From NCBI GenBank assembly GCA_002633005.1, contig NMRA01001088.1, positions 1 through 58,025 on the forward strand: a DNA stretch of 58,025 nucleotides, written 5' to 3'. The stretch comes from Phoronis australis (taxonomy: Eukaryota; Animalia; Phoronida). Shown here piece after piece: positions 26,601 to 38,600 of this stretch. Positions within the stretch are counted from its first letter, which is position 1. Each line of letters starts with the position of its first letter. Position numbers and translations under genes: made by a program. The notes below the pieces were generated by a model. The model made no database searches. It had not been told where the DNA came from and worked only from the letters and a program-made list of their open reading frames with translations.

Positions 26601-29600
26601 CCAGGTGGCGACAGTGTACCAATCCGTCTCCAGCCAATGGCGGACGAGGCTGCTACGGACCGGATACCAGCTTCAAACCTTGTGGAACCTGGCCCTGTTC
26701 AGGTGATGCGAGTTTGCACTAATTAAAAGCAATGATGTATGAAACAGTAGAATTTACTCACTGAACCAGCAAGTATCTCCATCTAGCGTTTGATCACGAC
26801 ACCATACTACTTCCACCCGAAATGCTAAATAATGCCAAACCGTTCAGCTCCATTATTTGAACCTGTTCTCCAGTAATAACATATTATCTGTTGTTCCCAA
26901 GTCCAGAAAGCCTGGATAAGAAACATGTCAATCAATTTTTAAAATGTATTCATAAAGAGGGCCAATACACAAAATATCGATACATAGCACCTTTAAGTAC
27001 ATTACAACTAAGTTTTGTAATTGAACTCGAAACGGGACGGGGCGTATTTGCCTTTCCAGTTATCGATTGCGACTGAATGAACGATTGATGATTTTTTAAA
27101 ATTGGTACAAGGAAGTAATCTTATGGAAAATTACAGTGAAGGTCACACCTTCTTTTATCCTATACGCGTAATTGTATGGCCTGAAATACAGGTCTTATTT
27201 TGAGGTTTGATATAGAAGAACCACTTTTCCATATTCAACGCGCCAAAATTCCCTCCAGTGCACACAATGCACTAAATTGGTTCTCAAAACAATCAAAATA
27301 CGTCGAGCCCAAAAGCAAAACTACAACTTCTGTAAACACTGTACTTTTGTCAATTTCACGATAAATTTCTTAATACCTTCTACCTGAAAATGATAAGAAA
27401 AGCGCGCAAGGGGAATTTTAAGAAGCGTCTGAACGGGCATCAGCCACAACGTCTGGGTGTTCTGCACAGATGTTACTCAGCAAAGACAAGAAAAATCGTC
27501 AGAAATGTAAGCAAACTTTAACTTAGAAATAGATTTAGCTCAATGCAAAACTCTGATGAAAATACTGAAAATCGCAGATATGCACCCGGCCCCAAGCCTG
27601 TAGCTGGTGTAAAATACAACTTGACTGCCGTGACATGCAGGCTGCAAAAATTCATTCGTAAAATTTTGCGTGCACGTATACGTGTCACGCGATTTGCGAT
27701 CCTCATTGATAAAAGATGAAAAATGACACCAAAACAAGCGGGGCAATCTGTGTAAACCCGCTTCTTTAAAGAACCCTCAGTAGGGCGCATAGGATAAATA
27801 GGTTACACAACCCCTACGGTACGTGTTTGTACCAGTGTGTTATTCTATCTCGATTCGTGATATGCGTGATATCACGAATCTCGATATAATAACCACTGGT
27901 ACAAACACGTACGTTGTAGGCCTATAACCTAAATTTATACCATGCTTGGCGTGGTCTGTTGTATACACTTAAGCACTTGTCTTAAAGTCGCTGTTTTGTG
28001 TATCGGGAATAACTGAAGTTGATGAATATTAAGTACACAACTTTCACGTTTTATATCTAAATTAAGTGTCATATTCCTGCCAGGTTCCGCAATTTGCACC
28101 TTCGATAAGTACGGCACTCACTTTGGAACAACACGTTGTTCATTCAGACAAAGCCAACGGGACAATGGAAACTTTTACGAAGGGTCGTACTCGAACTTCA
28201 ATCAGTATAATTCAGATCGCCAGCCCAGCGTGGATCACACTTACGGATTTCAGTTCTTGAGCAAAACAACCGGCCCAAGACGTTATCTGTGGTCAGGACC
28301 TCATTATACACCAGGATCGTGGACCAACGTGCGTCTAAAACCCAACGATAAAATCAGTCTTGAAGGATTGATACTCTCTCAGCACAGCGCCTACTGTGTC
28401 CGTTTCTACTATATTATACTAGGTTTGTGCGTTTTAGTTAAACTAGTAGTCTCAAGATGGTTTAGTTATTTCCATAAAGCTGTATAGCTACAATGCGAGT
28501 TTGGGGAGATCACAATGCTTTGCATCGCTTATCTCGTGACCTATTTTCTTCCAGTCTCATGCCTGTCATCAGAAACAACTCATCAGGTATTTTCGTCAAT
28601 TCAAATTTCATGCGGAACACCTCGGCCGTTTTCTTAGACTCAAATTTTCTCTCAGAAGTGAACTTTATCTGCCCATATGCCAACTTAAGTCCTATGGTCA
28701 GTAACTGTCCACTTTAGACACGTGACGTACGCACGCGAGCAGATAACGTTGGTTTACCTCCCAGTGGAAAGCAGAGGCTACAAAAATATTGAACACATCG
28801 AAAATTTTCTTTTCCTAGCCTCACATCATTGTCCTTTGGAAGTGTTTCATTTCTGGGCGCGTGAGAAATTTTATTCAATTCGGCAAACGAAATTGAACTT
28901 GAGACGGATAAAGCATGCGAAAGCGCTTGCGTTTTAGTCAGCATGTGAACTCGTATACAATAAGTACCACAACTCGATTTCTTAAATTTTAGGTCGTATG
29001 CTTGTTGGTATCAACCTTTACTATTCGTCAAACGGACGGCGAGGCGATCAGATTTATAACGCTTACCGGAATACGAAATCTTTAGCTGCGGATTGGAAAT
29101 GGGAGTTATATGAGCATGAGATTGATCCGAATTCTGAAAATTCAAGGATCCGTTTTCCACTTGAGGTATGACATAAATGCATGCTAGAGGTGTTGAAGAA
29201 TGTGTAATTGCTAAAGGCATACCTTATGTTGTACTTCTCCTGTTATGCGATTGGTAGCGCTTAAATCTGCATTTTCATTGATTAGCAAGCCTAAAATGAA
29301 AATCGAACTAATCATTTTAAGCTCATAAACCAACGTGACCTCATAACATTCCTTACAGTGATAGGATTCTATTTCTGTCACCAACAGAAACACAGAAGCC
29401 ATTAGCGACTAAAAAAACACTTCAGAGTGCATTGTGATTGGTCAGCCAGAAAAGGCGTATATGCACCTTGCCTATGATTTTAGTTGCCAGTTTATTCGGC
29501 AATAATTCATTGTCGGATAAGCGTGGTAAAGTTGTTCAATCCAAAAGCGTTTCGGTGTTCAATGAAATCGACATCGACGGGCCAGGAGCGACATACAGCC

Positions 29601-32600
29601 GTACGAGTGCAGCACCAGTGGACAACTGAGCCGCGTTCCTCAAACGCAAGACACTAACAAAGTTACATCGCAATGCAGGGCAATATCTAGGGGAGAATTG
29701 CGTGGTCGTGTGTTTTCGTGAACTTTTATGAGTCCACGGAACGCAGCAAGCAATGATCCTTATTTTCCGATACTCAGTAATGAGAAGGTTTTAAAACTTC
29801 TAAGTTAAAACATTCGAGAACACTGTAAATAATGAGAAGACAGTTACGATCTTAAATACATGTAGGCGTAACCTTAAGCAAACTCATCTATTGGCCGGTA
29901 TAACCGATTCCCCAAAACACCAAAACATAACAGCGTCCATCTGTGCGAGGGCTCACAATCGTAACTTACAAGGAGTAATCCTAAGCTCTGAAAGCGATGG
30001 CTATCAAAGTCACTTTTACAAGGTTTTAGTGAAGTGAAGGCATTACCTTCCTGGCATAATTACAGCGCTATACCAAATACAGGTAATAATTCTCATTTTA
30101 TAGGTTTGGCCTTGTTCATTTGGATAGGTAAAAAAACAATCTGCCTGATTTTTATTAGTTTTCACAAATTGTGTCTTAGATTGTAATCAGCGCTTTGAAA
30201 GGCCAAGGACGAGGATACGCTAACATAGACGACATTGTAGTCACTCGAGGAAAATGTCCAAGTAAGCCGGCTCCGTCCACCCAGCCTCCGCCTACTGCCA
30301 GACCGCCGCCGACAGGTAGGGTGCAGTAAGACAAGAAGGGGCATTGTGATCGGCTGTATTTTTAACCGTGCTCTGTGAAAGCCTGTTCTGTTTTCTTGCT
30401 CAATGTTAACAAGCTTTGTCTAAGTGCTTTACAACTTGCGAAGCAGTAGGCAGAATTTGTTCTCACAGATTATTCAGCCAGGATTACTTTTTAAGCAGGT
30501 GGCTTTGAAAAACCTGAATTCTCCACTTAAATGAACGATATTACTACTGGCGAACTATGAAGTGATATTTATTCTTTTCATTTAATTATGCAATGGACAA
30601 ATGTTTCGATGAGTGTATTTCAAACATATAACTATGTACCCCAGGTTTGAAGAAGTCACTTGTTAATGACGAAGTGAGCAAGTCTTGGTTTTTAAAATCA
30701 TTAAACCATTGGTATAATGACCGTATCATTTCAAAAATGAAGTATGTTGACAAAAACATGTCTATTACATTTAGCCATTGCCAAGCAAACTTTAAAAAAT
30801 ACAATTTACTGTTACCTTCAGTTGCCCATTTAAACCCGAAATCCAGGGAAGTGCATTTTGTCATATTCGCTATCACCTGCATGGGCTGCGAGTGATTTCG
30901 CTGGTCGTTTTGTCGGAAGGCAACTAATAAAAAGAGGTCGGAAACAAGATAATGGCCTGAATCATAAAGGAAGACGGTGAGAAGTTTTGTCCTCGCTTAG
31001 TGACCCTTCAAGCCTTACGAGGTCCAGCGTCGGTGTAATCTGTTTGATAATATTTGGACAGTGTTTTTATTTTGATTACTGTGGACATGTTCAATAGTGT
31101 TGGGCATGTTTACGTCACTAGAGATGAATTTCTGATGGTAATGGATCATTATAAGCCAAAACGTTTTTCGTGATTGAAAATGATTCTGCGCTAGGAAATC
31201 GGGAATCTCATGATCCAAGTTAACGTGGCCAGTATCTGTGGAAATTGTATACGAATATGTTCATAGTCTAGTGCAACAAAAACTATGTATCGTATTTATA
31301 AGAGTCATAATTGGAAGATGAATTTTTATATGCACTTGCAGTCCAAACCTCTGTTTCATACATGTGCGATTCCGCAGAACACATTAAAGTGTTTTATTAG
31401 AAAAATCGCCCCATCAGAAAATCTTCAGAAGTCCAGGTAGTCTTGTTTTATGCTGCTGATATGAGAACAAAACAGTTTTGCTCACCTTAAACAAGTCTGA
31501 GATTTATCCCAAATAAATGGACCCAAGGAAAGAATTTCAGTCAACATCAAGAAAACCACCGATACACCAAAGCAAGGCAATGAGTAGTCCCGTTATCTCA
31601 GTGCCACTCGATGTTGCCTTGCAGCTGGGTATTTTTTAAAACGACAATGAAAAAAACTACCAATGCCCTGATCACAGCAGAATTCACTTTCTATTTTTGT
31701 AAACTAAGAAAACTATCTGCAAATTTCAAAATCAACAATTTAAAAGACAAGTCAGTGGCATAGCAAACTGTGCTGAGACCAGGCAACCTTGATGAGAACC
31801 GCTGCAGTTATAATAAAGCATAAAATTATTATAACCATGCATCCCCAAAAATAGTGTAGAACTGAATTATTGACGAATTATGCGTATCTCTTCTACTACG
31901 GCAGACTTGGAGCGTAATAAGTCCAGTCAAATGATAATGCTTATGTTTCGGGTAATAGTGTTCAGTCACGATATTGGTGGACGTACATAGGGACGGTCAG
32001 TCCTTTACGATCAAAACATAAACAAAAACGTTAACTCGAGAATGAACTCTTCGACAGCACTGTGGGAAGGGAAGTTGGGAGTATACTTCATTTTCTGTCA
32101 GTTCATAACTCAATTGTAGAAGTTGACCATGTCGTCATTGTAATTACCGTTATGGTTCTTAACCTTGTTCTTTGTAACGAATCACGTCCGGATCATATAA
32201 AATTTATAAGCATGCACTAGCGTTCCTGTTTTTGCGGAGTTGTTGATACTCGGACAAGTGTGTTTCGAACGGTATTTACATTCCTCATTTAATGCAGTTT
32301 CCTCTAAACATGTATCTCTTCATTCTTCCTCTTTTAGGGGGTGCATGTTTGAACACACACGATACAAGTCAGTGCAATGGTTGGGCCACCAGAGGAGAAT
32401 GCGAAAAAAACAGGACATGGATGCGTACGAACTGCGCGCTGGCTTGCGGCGTCTGTAGTAAGCTATGGATTCTTTAGAGATTAGAAGATTAAATGAGAAA
32501 CTTAAAACTACCAACTCATACGCTTACTTGTTAAATGCCGTGCACTTTGAACTCTGTCCACTCACTTCTCATTTTCGTGTCAGGTTTGATGAAAGTTAAG

Positions 32601-35600
32601 GGTGTAACGTTTGGTATGAGGTACCTACATGTACTTGTGAACCAATAAGTTTTGTATTGCTAGGTAACTACAGCAATTGTATGCCGTTATTCAAAATTAA
32701 ATTTTGTATCCCCATAAGAATAGAACCTTTTCGACTATGGTCACACATTGAATCTTGGCTTTTCTCCCAAATCTGATATTTTTTACCCCACTTGTATCAT
32801 CTGAGTTCACCACAACAGACTCATTCTATCGATTTTCTTTTTAAGGCACTCAACAACCGCCAACAGTTCCACCAACAGGTAAATATGTTAAGCTGGATTC
32901 AAACTGTGATTGAAGAACTAATTAAACAGTGTACGTACCGGATGATTCACGACTACAAAAAAGTCGTTTCATATGCATAACCAGGGTTTGGTCAAACATG
33001 ACAACAACGCTGATTAACTCCGTTAAGGTAGTTGTTGAATTCCTTTGGACGACTGCATCGTTGTTTTTCTTAATGCACTGCACATTTCATTAAAACAATT
33101 CAAACTATACACATGTACGTATTTAGTCGACTCAGATCGTCCTGGCTTTTATTGCATTTTATGAATAACTTGGCAATAAAATAACTGCATTATGAAATTC
33201 TTGTTCGTCGCGAAAGGAGGTCTATAAGACCAGGGTCCATTTTCTTTAACACAAACATCTGTCGATCGAAGTTAACGGATCACGTTCTTCACTTATACTA
33301 AATGGGAATGTCTCGCGAAGTATTACATGATCTTGCGTTTTTATGTCTACGAAACTCAAGCCTGGGCGAGATTTAAGTGATGATTACAAGACTTGTGCAG
33401 TGAAATTTTGTTGAAATCAGCAGTTGTTTGTGATTGGTTTTGACGTAAAATAGAGGGACAGACGCCAAAAAACAGACTCGAAAACAACAAAAATGGCCTC
33501 TAGGTGGCGCAAACTACGAATCCATCCCAAAACGGGAGGATTGACCGGACAATGAAAGTCGTGGCTTGAGAGAGTGGCCATTAACACTAAAGAGAAAACA
33601 GTCACGCGTTTAACCAAAACGACAATTGTTCTATTAAGCAGGGTACACGACTAATTAAAGCCATTGAAAATGTAGCTGTCACAAAAACTACTTTGTCACC
33701 AATCATATTTGTTCGCTAGTTCTACTTGCTTGTTATTAGAAATCGACTCCATCGTCCTTTTTAAATATTTAGCGTTCACCTGTGCACTAATTGTTTTGAT
33801 ATTTCCACCAGTGGGCCCTTGTGGGAACAAACACAACACAGAGGAGTGTCTTTCATGGGCTGCCAGTGGCGAATGTGATAAGAACTCCAACTGGATGCAC
33901 GTTAACTGCGCACTGGCCTGCGGAAAATGTAGTAAGTATAAAGTTCCGCGCCTGAATTCAAAGGGGGCCTGAGCACGTATACTTGCTGTTTTGGTATTGC
34001 GACACTAGATAAATATAAACTGGCTTCTACGCTTGTCGATAGTTAGATCACCCTCTGTGATTTTGGATCTGGGCCCGAGTTCACTGTCGAGTCGGAATAC
34101 ACGTCTCTTGACGTCATCTGAAACCGGTGCTTTCCCAGCATCACCTGAACAACTGAAATGGACGGGGATTCTTTTCACAGCCACCTTCCGTCAGGTAAAA
34201 TTTGCTAAAATCCTTCATTTATCACCAACGCCACCTGGCGACAGGCTTTGGGAGGTTTTCTAACCATGCAGAAACAGAATATAACCAATTTTATTATTTG
34301 TGGCCTTCTGGTTGCTTTTATAAAAGTTCATTGGTCGCTTGAAGTCAAATACATGTATTTCGTCCTTTGTCATGAGCGCTTAACTGAATACATGTGTGTT
34401 TCTGTGTGTAAACATAGAACAATAGCCGTGGAATGCCAACTTTGATTTCGCGCTCCTGAGGTTGCGCCGCGAATACGTGGCATTTGTTTGCATTGATTTG
34501 TTCCGGTGTTGATAACATTGCTTTGGAATTTGCTGGCAACGAAACTTTTCGCAACTTTTAGTCGTTTTCAAACGAATCCCGTCAGAGTCATGAAAGCCCT
34601 TCGTCAGTTCTTAATGTGGAATGTTTTTTCCAGAAACAAAAGATAAATAGTTTATTTCATAAACTATTATCATTTCGCATACCTGACAGGTTGAAAGTAT
34701 TTTTTAATTCTAACTACCATGAGTGTTAACAAAATGCGAAATATAACAGGGTGTAATAGTAACGTAAACTGAAAATGAACTATAGAGGCTATCTAAATTA
34801 CTAATTAAACGTTCAGGGAAAACTTAAAACATGTCTACCCTATCAAGATAACGATTTTTAGAATGTGAATCCCTCACAGTTGCTGTGAAGCATTTAGTAA
34901 GGGATTCACCCAACATTATACATCATTCTGAATTAATTGGACCTTCGATGTCGTTTGATACACTTCTTCAGTAACAATTCAAGATCCAGATATTTTCAAA
35001 AATATGATGAACTAAATACTACAACTACCAATCCGAAATTTTCAAATTAATGCTTTGATAGATAAAAATTAGCAAACTTCTATTGTGTAGGTTTGAATGA
35101 TATTCTGGATAGATCATTACATAGGTTGCAGTGTAGCACATTCCTTAGTAGTTTGTAAATAAACTCATTTCTTCAAAAAATAAAAATTAGTGATCCTGAC
35201 ACGTGAGTGTGTAAACAAGAGAGATTGGAACAAATTTTTATGATTACTGTTTTTCTAAAACAGTGGAATCTGGAAATTAACGATATCTATGACAAACTGA
35301 AAAATGAGCAACTGTTCCATATTTGTAATCATCCGTGAATGAAAAGAGGGACAACTGTATTGAAAGCCGGGACTTCTGGATAAAAGGGGGCATCTGGAAC
35401 TATACCAAAACGCAAGGGCGAAATTTTCTCCGAAACACACAGCCTTTTTGCCGAACGGATGATGTTACACCCAAAATCGCACCACGGCTTTTTTGTTATT
35501 TTTCAAGTCGATTGGGCAAAAACTCGTGTTAGGAAGATAGTGCGATGCCGCGTGGGAATTTTCAGTAGTTTAGGATAATATGCCAGTATCGCCGTGTCAA

Positions 35601-38600
35601 GAAGCGGGACACTTAAATTGTGTGGCGGGATGGCGGGAAAAATTCAAAAAGGGATAGTCGCACAAAAACGGGAAAATTAGCAAGTGCAATGTACACTGTC
35701 TGCAACACAAACAATTGGATTGGAGTTTTTGCAAGGTAAACTTTTCATTTCATTTTTTAAATTTTATTTCACGGCTATAGGTAAACATTACACTGATCAG
35801 AAATGGATTTAACAAAAAAGTATCTGCACAAATGACATACAATAGAAGCTATCAAAAGGAGTAATAATTTATGCGAACACACACACACACACGGGCGCAC
35901 GCACACAGATACACGCACACACACACACGCGCGCGCGCGCGCGCACACACACACACTTGCTTGATTCTGACACACTTCCTCTAAGGACAAATTTGTATTT
36001 AAATTGATTTTTTCTTCAGAGTGGTTTCATTATATGAATGTTGCAGGAGCCATCTGTCAATTTAATTTGTACCCTTCAATGTAAACGTAGAGTGTTGGAA
36101 CATCCACGACACCGCGGCGTGTGACAGATGGGCTGCAAGAGGGGAGTGTGTCAAAAACCCCCGATGGATGTTACCGAATTGTGCACTGGCGTGCGACGAA
36201 TGCGGTCAGTACTTGGTTAAGTATTTACTGCGACACTATTAAGATAGTTTATGCGAAAAAATAAGCGTTTCAGTCAAATGGATAGAACGAATAATGACAA
36301 AATATTTCCAACAGTCATTTTTGTACGTGGATTTATTAAGTCACTTTAATCTGCGAGTTCATGTTGAGTACGCGCCATGAGTAGAAAATGCACGTGTTTC
36401 GGCTTTTTCAATTCTGCACCTTGATCCAGTCAAATGAAAACATAGTACAATATAGTTACCTAATAGAAATGTCCGATATCCCGGTGTAAGATCACACGTT
36501 TCGTTCGCAAGAGTTCTAAAGATATCCACATGCATTGTAAGCGTGATCACTGACTTACTCCAAAGTATCTTTCGTCTAAGGAACGTCTGCCTGATGATGT
36601 ACATGTATGCAGTAAGGCCGTTCTGTAATTTCATAGCACCACTTCCATTCTAAGATATTTACTCACAATGCACGTCAATCTGCTTTTTCACATACAAGTG
36701 TACTGAAAGTCAGTATCTCATACCCTAATAATTCATGGAATTCATCTGTGTAATTCAGACAAACTTGTATTGAGTTACAATGTTGTCACTGAGAAATTGG
36801 CCAAAAGGGGAAATATCAGTGCTGGGTGTGCTCCCCTTAACTGTAGTGCCCGTCTGTCCATTTTTCTATCTCAGCAAATGAGGAAATTTCGATTCAGGAC
36901 CGGTCTATTGATAACATGCAATGCGTTCTCCTGGGAAAGAGAAGAAACAAACCCAGACCAGGAGAATGGACACTTTGTGGCCAAACAAGTTCAGGTTTCG
37001 TAATTGGGAGTATACCTGCATAATAAAATGGATCCGAATTCAAAAGCTGTGGTTTTAAAAGAGAGAACATCTTCTATTACGGTACAGGTCCGAGACCACA
37101 GCCAACGACACCTGCGCCAAGGACTGTTTCCCCCTCTGGAGGTAATGTTCAAACTACGTCGTGACGAGTAAAGTGACCTAGTGAACCTAGAGGGAGCCAA
37201 TTCCTTAGTTTCTTGAAACGTCGAAAAATCTTGGCTATTTATTACTTTTGTATAGTTGATATTCCTTTAAAGTTTGTTTGTCACTTCCAATTAACGATGT
37301 GTAATAAATACATGTATATCGGTAGCTGGAGAAACGTCCAAATTTGACTACAGTACCTTCGGAAGGTCATATCTCTGAAATGGCTGATCGGATTCTCATG
37401 AAACTTTCACATACTATACTTTATTTAATGCTCTCGTATGGCACCTTATCAAAAATTGGAGGCATTTTACGGTTTGCACAAACCGGAAACTAAACAATAT
37501 TTCAGAAAACGGTGATAGTGTTTTGAGATTTCACCTTGAACATTTACAGGTGTATGTCAAGCGACAATTGGCCACGCTATTAATGCCGTTGTTTTGCTAT
37601 GAATATACCTTTCTATTTTGGCAAAGTTTACTAAAAGGTCTGGTTACTTGGCCGGTTTAATGATAATCAGTTCAAGGTCAAATGTAAATCCTACTGGCAT
37701 TTTATTTCAGAAAACATATAGTTTTACTGAAGTTGGTATCTCCACTTGCATGTATGTAGGTTTTGTGGCTGAAAGTATAGACTTGTCGATAAGGTCATAC
37801 ATGTACATAATCCTAACTGGGCTGCACTAATATGGAGAAGCCAAACAAACTAGTTTCCTGTTCGAAGTATAACTTGGTTGACAGCGTGTACTGAACATGT
37901 ATTGCCTTTGTCTTTTTCTTATCATTTATTTTTGGCCAGCTTGTAATACTCCTCTGATGCAGACCGGAGTTGTGCCGGACAACAAAATATGGGTATCTGG
38001 TCACATCGGACAATGCCCTAGGTCACACGCCATACTGAACAGTCAAAAGACCGTCAATGGATTACCACCGTGTTACGCGTGGTGTACGATGTCTCTTGCC
38101 GATCCATGGATACATGTGACATTAGACATCAGGTGAATGGATGGATATGAAATAAATATTTCAACAGACACTTTTTCGTTATATGAAGTAACCGAACACG
38201 TTGCATAATAATCCAGCATTTGATTACTATTTTGTAAGCAAGTCATGACGTTTGTTTTGAAAAGGTAGCGCAAATAAAAGTCAGGTTAGACTACATTTTT
38301 ACACGTACATGGACTCGGTCAGTTCACTGACCTGCCAGATGGAATGTTGAGTAACTCCCCTATCAAAAAAAGGTGCGGCCAAAGAGCAACTCGAGTTCTG
38401 GTAATGATAGCTGTTTTACCTTTTCACGTGCGAAGGTACATATTTTAGAGATTAGACGACCAAAATTTCTCCATATTTTAGATACCGAATTACGGCTGTC
38501 GAAGTTCAGGGACGCGGTGATGAGAATTATCACATAAATACCTTCGAACTTAAGTACAGCAACAATGGTCGCTACTGGAGTTTCTACGAGGATAGGACGA

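Noticed and set aside
34181-34194. Candidate micro-exon between ShKT2 and ShKT3 (TTTTCACAG / GTAAAA)
   Set aside because: 14 nt would shift the frame between two phase-1 exons; at most a poison exon, with no support.
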